NCBI GenBank assembly: GCA_030426245.1
Contig: JAUHYZ010000007.1
Coordinates: forward strand, 25,881 to 89,880
DNA: 64,000 nucleotides
Reading direction: 5' to 3'
DNA from: Alphaproteobacteria bacterium
Lineage (GTDB): Bacteria > Pseudomonadota > Alphaproteobacteria > Sphingomonadales > Sphingomonadaceae
The position numbers were made by a program, and so were the translations under genes. Every line of letters begins with the position of its first letter. The first letter of the stretch is position 1. Shown piece by piece: positions 1 to 9,479 of the stretch. The notes beneath the pieces were generated by a model that ran no database searches, had not been told where the DNA came from, and saw only the letters and a list, made by a program, of their open reading frames with translations.

Positions 1-734
1 AGGGCCAGGGCGACGATGTGCCCCTCCAGCCCGGCGACGATGCCGATCCGGTTGACGTAGGCCCAAAGCGCCGCGTGACCGATATAATAGACGAGCAGGG
101 AAAATGCGAACAGCCACTGTCGGCGCGGAAGGTCGGGCCAGATGCCGCGATTTCGCGTTTCCATTTCGCCGAATTTCGCAAACAGGCGCGATAGCGGAAG
201 CATGATAGCGGCAATGGCGGCCAGCGTCAGATAAATGGACGGCAGGCCGCCCCACCCCATCGCTCCGTAAAATAGAAGATATCCGACAATTCCGAATAGC
301 GCGCGCGCAGAAGCCATAAATCCGAAAGCCAAGCCGGAATTGGCAAGTCGGGCCGCTGCCCGGCTTTCCGCCACGATCACCATCGCGGCACCCAGGCCGG
401 AAAGGAAGCGGCACGGTGCCAACAACTCAATCGAAGGAGCGAGCGCCGACAACAAGTTACCGATCACCATTGCCACAAGCCCCCACGACGCGCATTTCCA
501 GATCGATACCCGCGAATTCAGCAACATCATGACGCCGGTCACGACGATCGAGCTGCCCATTTCGAGCGAAGCCACCAGACCGACCGCACTCGGTGAAGCC
601 CCGAAATGGTCGACCACTCCGCCGACGAATGCAGGCATCATCACGAAGTGGATATTGCTGAGGATGGTCAGCGTACACAGGATCACAAGGAGGTAAGCCC
701 CCGTGGGCTCCGCTGGTTGTGAGCCTTGCTGCAT
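1..734 (-). CDS. MFS transporter (3' part outside window)
   Basis: Not in the ORF track. Read manually from ATG 734 with GAGGAG upstream: MQQGSQPAEPTGAYLLVILCTLTILSNIHFVMMPAFVGGVVDHFGASPSAVGLVASLE...CRFLSGLGAA...; successive hydrophobic helices, open to the window edge. Confidence 0.8.
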   Translation of the reverse strand, partial: MQQGSQPAEPTGAYLLVILCTLTILSNIHFVMMPAFVGGVVDHFGASPSAVGLVASLEMGSSIVVTGVMMLLNSRVSIWKCASWGLVAMVIGNLLSALAPSIELLAPCRFLSGLGAAMVIVAESRAAARLANSGLAFGFMASARALFGIVGYLLFYGAMGWGGLPSIYLTLAAIAAIMLPLSRLFAKFGEMETRNRGIWPDLPRRQWLFAFSLLVYYIGHAALWAYVNRIGIVAGLEGHIVALA

Positions 735-817
735 CTGCTGGACTCCTCTGGACACGAAAAGCCAATCGGGCCTATTAGTTGCGTGTGCTACTATATTTGG
801 CGGGAGAAGCAAGGATC

Positions 818-1633
818 ATGAGTTCCGGGCACGGTTCGCGGTTAGAGGTATCGTTGAATTATCTGGCCGATGGCAGCGACGCGCCCTCTGCCGGCGGGGC
901 TGAGAACAGGGGGGAAGATTATGCCACGGCGCCGGTGAAGCTGCCGATATATAACGCCCGCGAACTGCCCGGCGGCGCCAGCCTTTTGCGCGAAGGCTTC
1001 ACTCTGTTGGATCGCCCCAGCCCAGTCTCGTCCCTGCCCTCGAGTAAGGAAATCAACGATGCCTACCTTCCAGAGGTCAAGCGCCTGCTGCTGGACGTTA
1101 CGGGCGCAAGCGAAGTGTTCACATTCGCACCGGGACTGCGTTTCGCCGAACGATCCCCGCTCACCGGATCGCGGCCCAATTCACAGCCGGCCCGGCAGGT
1201 CCACAGCGATTTTGCCCTGGCGGGCTCACTCGACGTTGTAGCCAAGGCCTTCGGAGAAAGGGCGAAGAATGCGCAATGGAAGGCATTCAATGTGTGGCGA
1301 GTTCTTTCTCCTCCCCCGCAGGATACTGGCCTGGCCTTTTGCGACATGCGCACGATTGCCGAGGATGACCTCATCAATGTCGAGGGCGTAGAGGCGCTGC
1401 CGGATGGCCGAAAGGAGACATTCGACTATTGCATGTACCATTTCAGCTCAAATCATCGCTGGGCGTATTTTCCCGACATGAACCGCGACGAAGTGATCGT
1501 CTTTCAAGGCTTTGATTCACAAGATCACAGCAATCGCGTCGCCCATTGCGCATTCGACGATCCCACCTGCCCCGCCGAAGCCGATCCACGCGTCAGCATC
1601 GAAGTGCGTGCAGTTGCGCTGTTTGACGATTGA
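818..1633 (+). CDS. CmcJ/NvfI (AsaB-like) family oxidoreductase
   Basis: Motifs VHSDF, FNVWR..P.QD..LAFCD, HRWAYFPDM..DEVIVF..FDS, AHCAF.DP..P....PR.SIEVR. ATG 818 chosen over TTG 779. Confidence 0.75.
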   Translation: MSSGHGSRLEVSLNYLADGSDAPSAGGAENRGEDYATAPVKLPIYNARELPGGASLLREGFTLLDRPSPVSSLPSSKEINDAYLPEVKRLLLDVTGASEVFTFAPGLRFAERSPLTGSRPNSQPARQVHSDFALAGSLDVVAKAFGERAKNAQWKAFNVWRVLSPPPQDTGLAFCDMRTIAEDDLINVEGVEALPDGRKETFDYCMYHFSSNHRWAYFPDMNRDEVIVFQGFDSQDHSNRVAHCAFDDPTCPAEADPRVSIEVRAVALFDD

Positions 1634-1638
1634 GGAAT

Positions 1639-1732
1639 ATGTTCCTGCAGTTCATAATTCTGTGCCGTGTCGCGGAAGACACCGCCAATTCGCTTCTGGA
1701 GCGTCGACAGGCCCATCTGAATTATCGTATGA
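1639..1732 (+). pseudogene. Truncated YciI-like gene (5' fragment)
   Basis: GAGGA RBS; MFLQFIILCRVAEDTANSLLERRQAHLNY resembles the YciI N-terminus (R..HL.Y); similarity ends where the IS6 remnant begins. Confidence 0.4.
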
Positions 1733-1863
1733 GGGAATGTCGGACTGACAACAACTTGTCTTTGATAAACGCAGTTCATCCCTTGAGCGCGTGCCAATAG
1801 CCCTTGAGGATATGCCACTCAGCCAAGGCGGCCGAGCGGCAGGCCTGGTAAGTCTGCCGATCC
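1733..1863 (-). mobile_element. IS6-family terminal remnant (transposase 3' end plus terminus)
   Basis: gggaatgtcggactgacaacaacttgtc resembles the terminus at 12108; gccactcagccaaggcggccgagcggcaggcctggtaagtctgccgatc matches the transposase C-terminal coding region (DRQTY...SAALAEW) of the copies at 11.2 and 12.2 kb. Confidence 0.7.
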
Positions 1864-3249
1864 TCAAAAGGCAGCGACTATTCCGAATTCTCCGCTTATT
1901 CGGTCGAAATCGTAGAGTTCCACGGTCGACCAATTGTGCTCGTACTTGACGCGCAGCAGCGGCGCGAAGCTCCCCACGGTGAGCGCGCGGAAAGTGGCCG
2001 AGATGCTGGCATTGAGATTGTCGTCCTTGCGCCGCTCGGGATAGAGGAACAGGCGTGCATCGGCCTCCAGATGGCGATAGCCCAGATTGGCCACTGCAGT
2101 CGTGCGGCCAAGTTCCCGATAAAGATAGGCGTTCGCGCTTCCGCTCGCGGTGGAATAGCCCGGGTCCTGCGCCACGTCGCGCGTGCCGCTCACCTGGAAG
2201 CCGCCGCCCGCGCGCGAGCTGAAGGCATGATCTATCCCCGCGGCGAGCGTATAGCGATGCCCGTCTTCCAGATCGTTGCGCCGGTTGTCTTCGCGCAGCA
2301 CGGTGCCATCCAACCGCAATTGCGTGGTTCCGTTCAGCGGATGCTGCCAATTGCCGGTAAGGCCCCAGGAAAAGCTGTAGGGATCGAGGCCGTACCAGCG
2401 CCACGTCGTTGCTGCCGATAGCGAGAGGCGGTCCCGCCCCCAGCGCCATTGCGGGCCGAGCTGGAGAGAGGCAGAGATGTCGTCGAATTCCGACTTGCCA
2501 TAAAGGTCCGCCGATCCGGATCCGCGCAGCAGAATGTCCGTTTTCGCACTGACGGGCATCCGGTAATAGGCCTGCCCGCGCAGCGAAGCCCCGATCCCGG
2601 ATTGCGCCTGGGCATCCTCATTCAGCGTGAAATCGCCAATGACGGTGCCCAGCGTATCGGAACTGGTCGCACGGTTGATATTGGTACTGGGCGCCATGGA
2701 CAGTTCGATACCGCCGCCGATGCGTTTCATGGCCGACAGCGCATTGGCGAAGAAGCGCACCTGCTGTTCCACTTGCGGCGGCAGGCCGGTTGCCTGGGCC
2801 GCGCGCAATTCGCGCCTGGCCGCCGAGAGATTGCCCATCAGCGCCTGCAGCCGCGCGAGTTCCAGCCGGACGCCCGCCGCATCGGGCTTATCGTCCAGAA
2901 TCCGCCGGAGCAGGACGGCCGCATCGCGGGGCCTGTCCATCTTGTCCGCATACATCCTCGCCAGGCGGAAGCGTGCCTCTGTCCGCAGCTCGATATTCGG
3001 ATCCTTTGTCAGCGCGCGATAGGCTGCTTCCGCCAATTCAAAATCCCCGCGATCGCGCGCGGCATCGGCAAAGGCAAAGAGCTGCGCAGCCGACATCTCG
3101 ACCGGCCCCTGTCTCTCCGCAGCATCAGCCTCGCCGCCAGGAGCGGCTTCATCGGCTCGCGCGGAAGCCGGCGTTTGCGCGCCCAGCGCGGCGGCGGCGA
3201 GGAGTGTAAGAACGGTCACGGATCGGGGCAGCTTTCCCAGCGGTAGCAT
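1864..3249 (-). CDS. Surface lipoprotein assembly modifier (Slam/DUF560-like): TPR plus beta-barrel outer-membrane protein
   Basis: Signal peptide, TPR-like N-terminal half (RLELARL), 'STNINRATS' motif at the start of the barrel, amphipathic beta strands, terminal Phe; adjacent TbpB-like lipoprotein. Confidence 0.75.
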   Translation of the reverse strand: MLPLGKLPRSVTVLTLLAAAALGAQTPASARADEAAPGGEADAAERQGPVEMSAAQLFAFADAARDRGDFELAEAAYRALTKDPNIELRTEARFRLARMYADKMDRPRDAAVLLRRILDDKPDAAGVRLELARLQALMGNLSAARRELRAAQATGLPPQVEQQVRFFANALSAMKRIGGGIELSMAPSTNINRATSSDTLGTVIGDFTLNEDAQAQSGIGASLRGQAYYRMPVSAKTDILLRGSGSADLYGKSEFDDISASLQLGPQWRWGRDRLSLSAATTWRWYGLDPYSFSWGLTGNWQHPLNGTTQLRLDGTVLREDNRRNDLEDGHRYTLAAGIDHAFSSRAGGGFQVSGTRDVAQDPGYSTASGSANAYLYRELGRTTAVANLGYRHLEADARLFLYPERRKDDNLNASISATFRALTVGSFAPLLRVKYEHNWSTVELYDFDRISGEFGIVAAF

Positions 3250-3250
3250 G

Positions 3251-3280
3251 AAAAGGGGGCCTCCCTTAAGGGAGACCCCC
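3251..3280 (-). terminator. Intrinsic terminator-like hairpin between the lipoprotein and Slam genes
   Basis: Minus strand GGGGGTCTCCC-TTAA-GGGAGGCCCCC-TTTT. Confidence 0.65.
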
Positions 3281-3305
3281 GGGTCTCGACATCACGATGC
3301 CATTG

Positions 3306-4313
3306 TCAGTCGGGGAAACCCGCTGCAACCCCGGTAACCTTCAAATCGGATGAATCGATGAAAAAGGTCATGCCCGTCTCTTCGGCATTGGGACCGAAGA
3401 ATGCGCCGTAGAATTCCCCGCCGGCGTTAAACGTTCCGCCATAGGCGGCCCCGCTGGTGATATCGCCCGTGCCCAGGAATTCGCCGAAATCCTTGTCCGC
3501 GTCGGCGACGTAATCGTGGCCGATGAGGTTGAGCGCGACACCGATGTCGCCGCTGCCGAAATCGACGTCCAGCGAGCCGGTCGACTGCCCGTTGAGGAAG
3601 TCATAGGCCGCTCCGGCCGGGCCTTCGTTCGGCGCAAAGCCATTGGCCCCGATCGCGCCGTCGAAGGAATAGGTGGCAGTGCCGCTGGTCGGCATGGTTT
3701 GCGTAGGCTGCCCCCAGACCTGCCACTGGATCTCGTTCGCGAACATGGAGCCGCTTTCGTCCTGCCGGTTCCACAGAGAAATCGCCATGTAGCTCATGGT
3801 CACATCGCCATAGGTGCCAGGCGGCACCATCGCCACCGTGTGCGTAATGTCGCCGTCTTCCACGACATAGACCGTGCCCTCGCTGCTTCCGAACAAGCCG
3901 CCTTCGCCCTGCAATTCGCCATCGGCATCGATATCGTCGGGCGTCAGGGTAACTTCCACGCCATCGCTACGCGTGAATGTGTAGCTGTCGGTGCCGGCGC
4001 TGAAAGCGATCTCGGTTCCTTCGCCAAACGGCTCCGCTTCCTGCTCGCCATAGATCGTGCTCGGCGGGCGAACGGCGAAGAAAGATGTCGCGGTATCGAA
4101 AGTCGTGTCCGAAGTGATGCCCAACGCAACAGCGGGAGAATCGCTGTTGTCGCCCGATGTCGGCGTCGGGCTGGGAGACGGAGAAGGTGAGGGACTGGGC
4201 GATGGGGAAGGCGCGGGCGTAGGTATCGAGTTAACGCCGTCATCGTTACAGGCGGTGAGCGACATTGCCATAATGGATATGGCAATCGCCGACGAAAATG
4301 TCCTGAATTTCAT
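3306..4313 (-). CDS. Transferrin-binding-protein-like (TbpB barrel) surface lipoprotein
   Basis: Lipobox LTAC, Pro/Ser linker, C-terminal 'MPTSGTATY', 'VDFGSG', 'GAFFGPNAEETGMTF' typical of TbpB-type 8-stranded barrels. Confidence 0.75.
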   Translation of the reverse strand: MKFRTFSSAIAISIMAMSLTACNDDGVNSIPTPAPSPSPSPSPSPSPSPTPTSGDNSDSPAVALGITSDTTFDTATSFFAVRPPSTIYGEQEAEPFGEGTEIAFSAGTDSYTFTRSDGVEVTLTPDDIDADGELQGEGGLFGSSEGTVYVVEDGDITHTVAMVPPGTYGDVTMSYMAISLWNRQDESGSMFANEIQWQVWGQPTQTMPTSGTATYSFDGAIGANGFAPNEGPAGAAYDFLNGQSTGSLDVDFGSGDIGVALNLIGHDYVADADKDFGEFLGTGDITSGAAYGGTFNAGGEFYGAFFGPNAEETGMTFFIDSSDLKVTGVAAGFPD

Positions 4314-4362
4314 GAAAATCTGCCCCGTTTAAAGGATGAAACTGCAATCGCGCGATCAAGTT

Positions 4363-4422
4363 GATGCACCCCGCCCCATTAGATGCACCCCGCCCCAAGT
4401 CACTCCCACGAATGGGGGGTAT
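4363..4422. promoter_or_regulatory. 16-bp direct repeat plus NarL-type inverted repeat upstream of the lipoprotein
   Basis: GATGCACCCCGCCCCA at 4363 and 4382; ACTCCCA-CGAA-TGGGGGGTAT at 4402-4422. Confidence 0.4.
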
Positions 4423-4785
4423 ACAGCCTGACGCCGCCAGCTTGACTTTTCCGGCGCGCGAAGAGCCCCCGATACCATCCGGCAGCCGCAAATCCGGCGA
4501 CCCAGCGATGTCGCCTTGTTGCGGCGTTGCCGAACGCGGATCGGTTTCGCCCTGTCGCAACGGACCATCCCAGATGGCTACAGTGCCGAGAATTCGATTG
4601 TTTGGAGAACCAGGCCGGTTAAATTGGCAGAGATTCGACGGCATCCCGCATTAGGGGGATGGGCTGCGTCGAACGGGCGCGCTACCGACGCTGCTGCGAC
4701 CCGAAGGCAGGGCCAATTCCATGGCTCTGTAGCTTACTTGGCGGCGGCCTCAGGTCGCCGCCGATCTTTTGGGTATGGGTGGCTG

Positions 4786-6903
4786 ATGTTGAAACCTGCG
4801 TACCGGCGTTTCCTGCGTTTGCCGGGCACTCTCCTATCCGTCACGATCGGCTGCGGCATGGTGGTCTGCGCCGCAATAATCGCGATAGCGCTTAACCAGC
4901 CGCGTTTCGTTCAATCCCTGTCAGGTGACGAGCGGGTGATCCTGCACGATGCGGGCGGGGAGCCGCTGGGGGCCGTGCTTGCGTTAGGCGGCAGGGGGGA
5001 AGCAGGCCCCCGGCCGAAACCGGCCGACCTGATTCCGGAACCGGACAATATCGGCGACTATGCCGCGCAAAGGCAGTTCTTCGCGCGGCAGGACCAATTG
5101 GCTGCCTGGGCACGTGAGCCGGGGGCGGATGCAATCACGATCACTCGCGAGAACGGCACGCTCGAACAAGTCCGCCTTACGCCCACCGATCGCCTGCATT
5201 TCGAATTCTGGTTCCAGCTTGGCATAGGCTTCGCCGTCTTCGTGCTCTCTGCCTGGATCTGGTCGATCCAGCCCCGCGCGTTGCCCAATCGGTTGTTCGG
5301 CCTGGCCGGCGCCGGACTGGGAATCGCGGCAGCATCCGCGGCGCTCTACAGTACACGATGGCTGGCCCTGCCTTCGTCGCTATTCGTGCCGTTTGCGAAT
5401 ATCAATGGCGTGGGCGCTTCCATCTATGGCGCGGCGATGATCTGCCTGTTCCTCGCCTATCCGGTCCGGCTCGCGTCTGGCCGCGTCCTGCTGGCGGTGG
5501 CACTGGTTGTTGCCGGATGGTTGTTGCTGGGCATGTTCGACAAGCTTGGCGCGCCGCCCAACGAAGCGCCACTGCTCACGGCAACGGAAATGGCGCTGAT
5601 TTTGCTGTTGGTGATCGTGCAGTTCGTTCGTTCGCGCGGCAACCCCTTGCATCGTGCCGCGATACGATGGGTCGGCCTGTCAACGTTAGTGGGCTCGGGG
5701 CTATTCATAAGCACGGCCGTTCTCCCCGTCGTAATCGGCTCGCCCCCCCTGATAGACCAGAGCTATGCATTCGCCTTCTTCCTGATCGTGCATCTGGGCG
5801 TTGCGTTCGGATTGCGGCGCAATGCCTTGTTCCAGAGCGAGCAATGGTCGATTACCATGCTACGTGCGGTGACTTTCGGTCTGCTTCTGATCGTCATCGA
5901 CGTCATTCTGATCACGCTGCTGGGATCGATCGGCGGCGCCACCGTACTAACCCTCGTGCTGTTGCTTCCGTTCTTCTATCTCCCGTGGCGCAGCTTCGTG
6001 CAGCGCTGGCTGGTGGGTTCGACGCCGGTCGAGAATCTCCTCGAAGCAACTGCGCATATCGCGCTCGTCAACGATGCGGACGAACGCGCGCGACAATGGG
6101 AGGACATACTGGTCTGGGCCTTTGCCCCGCTTGACATCACCCCCGCATCGTCGGGCACGGAAAAGTCCAGAATCGTCGATGACGGGATCGGCCTTCAGGT
6201 CCCTGCCCTCATGGGCACCCCTGCCCTGCTTGTGCGTTATAAGGCGCGGGGAACGCGCCTGTTTCAGGCGCGCGACAGGCAGCTAAGCGACCGCCTTGTC
6301 GATCTTGCGTGGAGCCTGAAGCGACAGCAGGACGCATATGAGCAAGGCGTGACGAGCGAGCGCAGCCGGATTTCGCGCGACCTGCATGATGATCTCGCCG
6401 CCAGACTGGTTTCCGGCCTCGACACGGACGATCCAGAGCTTCTGAAAGGGGTACTGCGCGCCTCGCTTGCGGAAGTGCGCAGTATCGTTGCCGCCGAGGA
6501 AAGCGGACCGGCCCCGCTTATGGATGTACTGGCAGATAGCCGGGCGGAGGCGGCCGAACGCCTCGAAGCCGCCGGTATTGACCTGCACTGGGCAGTGATC
6601 GATGCGCCGGGTGTGCTTGAGCCGCTGGAGCGAAAGGCGCTAGTCTCGGTGCTACGAGAGGTCGTGACCAACACCATCAAACACTCGGCAGCCAATCACC
6701 TATCGGTAAAGACCCACGTCGACAACGGCCATTTCTATGTCGTGGCAGCCGATGACGGCTCCGCGTTTGACGGGACAATGGGGCAAGGCAACGGGCTCAG
6801 GAACATGGGCACGAGAATGGCCACGGTTCAGGGCTATTTCGACTACGCGGGTACGGTGGGCGCGGGATTCCGGGTCAGCTTCAATTTGCCGATCGCGCCA
6901 TGA
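4786..6903 (+). CDS. Multi-TM sensor histidine kinase (HisKA_3 type)
   Basis: ERSRISRDLHDD H-box, EVVTNTIKHS N-box, DDG and GNGL boxes; many TM helices; ATG 4786 preferred to TTG 4516. Confidence 0.85.
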   Translation: MLKPAYRRFLRLPGTLLSVTIGCGMVVCAAIIAIALNQPRFVQSLSGDERVILHDAGGEPLGAVLALGGRGEAGPRPKPADLIPEPDNIGDYAAQRQFFARQDQLAAWAREPGADAITITRENGTLEQVRLTPTDRLHFEFWFQLGIGFAVFVLSAWIWSIQPRALPNRLFGLAGAGLGIAAASAALYSTRWLALPSSLFVPFANINGVGASIYGAAMICLFLAYPVRLASGRVLLAVALVVAGWLLLGMFDKLGAPPNEAPLLTATEMALILLLVIVQFVRSRGNPLHRAAIRWVGLSTLVGSGLFISTAVLPVVIGSPPLIDQSYAFAFFLIVHLGVAFGLRRNALFQSEQWSITMLRAVTFGLLLIVIDVILITLLGSIGGATVLTLVLLLPFFYLPWRSFVQRWLVGSTPVENLLEATAHIALVNDADERARQWEDILVWAFAPLDITPASSGTEKSRIVDDGIGLQVPALMGTPALLVRYKARGTRLFQARDRQLSDRLVDLAWSLKRQQDAYEQGVTSERSRISRDLHDDLAARLVSGLDTDDPELLKGVLRASLAEVRSIVAAEESGPAPLMDVLADSRAEAAERLEAAGIDLHWAVIDAPGVLEPLERKALVSVLREVVTNTIKHSAANHLSVKTHVDNGHFYVVAADDGSAFDGTMGQGNGLRNMGTRMATVQGYFDYAGTVGAGFRVSFNLPIAP

Positions 6904-7550
6904 CACAAGACACCGCACCGCGTGTCCTCATCGTGGACGATCTTGCCCCCGCGCGAAGGCTCATGGTCGATGCCGTCACCACGGTCCTGGAGAAGAACGG
7001 GATGGGTGCACCAATCATAGTGGAAGCTTCCTCCTTCACCGAAACCACCGTTCTCCTCAGCCAGACGTTCGACTTCGCATTCGTCGATCTACACTTGCCC
7101 GACGGCCACGGATGGGATCTTATTCGCAGCCTGAAGCGCAATGCCGATATCATTGTAGCGGCAGTGACCGTGATGGACGATCGGCAAAGTGTCGAGGCGA
7201 CCTTAGCGGCCGGCGCGGATGGATATCTGATCAAGGATGCCGAGCCGGAACTCCTGCATTTTCGTATCGAGCGGCTGATGGCTCGCGAACCGTCACTATC
7301 GCCTGCCATCGCACGCATGGTCTTGTCGCGTTTTCGCCACAGCGAGCAACTCGCCGACGATCCGCTGACCGAGCGCGAACGCGAAGTGCTGTCACTGGCC
7401 GGTCGGGGGCTGCGCGCCAAGGAGGTGGCGGAGCAGCTGCAGATCAGTCCGCATACCGTTCGCGATCATCTCAAGTCGATCTATCGAAAGCTGGATGTAT
7501 CGTCGCGCGCCGAAGCCGCTATCGAGGCGCAGAAGCGCAATCTGACCTGA
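6900..7550 (+). CDS. NarL/LuxR-family response regulator
   Basis: REC domain (IVDD, VDLHLPD, GADGYLIK) plus LTEREREVL...HTVRDHLKSIYRKL; ATGA overlap with the kinase. Confidence 0.92.
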   Translation: MTQDTAPRVLIVDDLAPARRLMVDAVTTVLEKNGMGAPIIVEASSFTETTVLLSQTFDFAFVDLHLPDGHGWDLIRSLKRNADIIVAAVTVMDDRQSVEATLAAGADGYLIKDAEPELLHFRIERLMAREPSLSPAIARMVLSRFRHSEQLADDPLTEREREVLSLAGRGLRAKEVAEQLQISPHTVRDHLKSIYRKLDVSSRAEAAIEAQKRNLT

Positions 7551-7569
7551 CGATAAGACCGCTGGTGTC

Positions 7570-8050
7570 GCTGCTGTCAGTCTAACAACAACTCGTCCCC
7601 GATTTGCTCACCAAGCTTCGGATGTGGCCGACTTCACGCCGCGAGATTCTTCCATCCGCCCAAGGCAACCGGACGGCGAAGTTTGTAAGTTTGGCGATCG
7701 ACGAGGTGGCGTTCCGAGCTGAAGTGATTGTGAAACGAAGCATGGACGGAAGCGAATTTCTGCAGCGATTTCATCCTGCGGAATCTGAGCATTGGTCCGC
7801 TCTCTTCGTCGGAATGGAAGATGTGAGGTTTCGACCCGATTGTTAGGCCACCTTCCCATCTCGCGACGGTCCTCGTTGCCCAGTTCGCGCATTGCTGCAG
7901 GATAGGATCTCAGACCGTCCGTAACGATTATCTCGGCTTTACCGTGACGCTTCAGGGCTTTCTTAATGAAGAATAGAGCCGCGGATTTGCCGCGTTTCTT
8001 CGTTTCAACACCGGACTTCACGAAGGGCTCATCGATGTGCCAGCGCCACA
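7570..8050 (-). mobile_element. Degenerate IS6-family remnant (C-terminal transposase, internal deletion and frameshift)
   Basis: WRWHIDE..., IVTDGLRSYPAAM, NNRVETSHLPFRRRER; terminus ctgctgtcagtctaacaacaactcgtc. Confidence 0.85.
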
Positions 8051-8074
8051 GCAGAGGCCATGTCGGTGATTTCG

Positions 8075-9421
8075 CTAGACAAACAGGCTAATCACGCAGA
8101 TCGCAGCAAATCCCGTCAGGCCGACAAGGGTCGATGCGATCGTCCATGATCGGATCGTTTCGCCCTCCGTCAGTCCAAGGTAGCGGCTGACCAGCCAAAA
8201 GCCTGAATCGTTCACATGCGAAAATACGATTGCACCAGAGGCAATTGCGATCGTCATCAACGCAAGTTGCTGACCACCTAGTTCCGCCGCCTGCGTAATC
8301 GGCGCCATTAGCCCGGCAGCGGTTATCATGGCTACCGTCGCCGACCCCTGTGCCACTCTGACTAACGCTGCGAGGGTAAAAGCAGCAAACAGCGGCGCAA
8401 GCCCCCAGCCCATTACAATCTGTGCCAGCTCCTGCCCTGCCCCCGTATCGATCAGCACCTGCTTGAATGCCCCGCCAGCCCCGGTGATAAGGATAATGAC
8501 GCCTGCCGGCGCAAGCGCGTTGGCCATGGCTTCTCGCAAGACAGCCGGAGGAACATTGCCAGTTCTACTGAATGCCACATAACCGACAGCGCAGGATATA
8601 AGCAGCGCGCTGAAAGGATGGCCGAGCCCCACCAAGATGTCCTGAATGAGGCCTTCCGATAAGATCAGGCCGGCGCTGGTGCCCATCAGGATCAGAAGGA
8701 GCGGGAGGACGATCACCAGGAACACCGGAGCGGCAGAAATCGTGAAATGTTCGCCTGCCGGGGCCTCCATTTCATGTGCAAGAACCGGGAGCGGCGCGTT
8801 TGAATTGATAAGCCCCAGCCGAGCCCCAAAATGCACAAAGATTGGACCGCCAATCAACATTGCGGGAAAACCCGCAACCAGTCCGAATAAAATGACCTTG
8901 CCGAGATCTGCCTTGAGCAATTCGGCTACTGCAATCGGACCAGGCGTGGGCGGCACGAATGCGTGCGCTGCGGCCATTCCGGCCAGAAGAGGCAGGCCGA
9001 AAACAATCACGCCGCGGCCGGTTCGCCGCGCCAGCCCGTAGAGAACAGGCGCCAAAATCACGAGCGCCACGTCCAGAAACACCGGAATGGCCACGATCAA
9101 CCCGACAATACCGAGCGCCGTTCCGAGGCGCTTGCCTCCGAAACCAGCAACCATCACGCGCGCCACGGCCTCGACCCCGCCGCTCGCCTGAAGAATTCCG
9201 CCAAGCATCGCGCCGAGGCCAACCACAACAGCGACAAAGCCAAGCGTTCCTCCAACACCATCCGAAACAGACTGGATGGCAGCGGCTGGGGAGAGACCGG
9301 CGCCGATCCCCACAGCAATACTAACGAGCAGCAGAGCCGGGAAAGCGTGCACACGCAATCGCAGCACAAGCAGAAGCAGCGCCGCAACGCCGACAATCAC
9401 AGCTGTAAGTGCCAGGCTCAT
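8075..9421 (-). CDS. GntP-family gluconate/sugar-acid:H+ permease
   Basis: HAFVPPTPGP, RVAQGSATVAM, SHVNDSGFW signature motifs. Confidence 0.92.
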   Translation of the reverse strand: MSLALTAVIVGVAALLLLVLRLRVHAFPALLLVSIAVGIGAGLSPAAAIQSVSDGVGGTLGFVAVVVGLGAMLGGILQASGGVEAVARVMVAGFGGKRLGTALGIVGLIVAIPVFLDVALVILAPVLYGLARRTGRGVIVFGLPLLAGMAAAHAFVPPTPGPIAVAELLKADLGKVILFGLVAGFPAMLIGGPIFVHFGARLGLINSNAPLPVLAHEMEAPAGEHFTISAAPVFLVIVLPLLLILMGTSAGLILSEGLIQDILVGLGHPFSALLISCAVGYVAFSRTGNVPPAVLREAMANALAPAGVIILITGAGGAFKQVLIDTGAGQELAQIVMGWGLAPLFAAFTLAALVRVAQGSATVAMITAAGLMAPITQAAELGGQQLALMTIAIASGAIVFSHVNDSGFWLVSRYLGLTEGETIRSWTIASTLVGLTGFAAICVISLFV

Positions 9422-9479
9422 GGCAGCGCTCTCAGGATCGAGTCAGAACAAACACTGTAGCCGTGCCTGCAAAGTTGTA

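Noticed and set aside
4165-4225. Pro-Ser repeat in the lipoprotein as a phase-variable tract
   Set aside because: Codons vary, so there is no perfect nucleotide repeat; it is an ordinary flexible linker.
7604-7846. Plus-strand ORFs in IS6 copies (also 11515-11883 and 12358-12843)
   Set aside because: Antisense frames of IS6 transposases.
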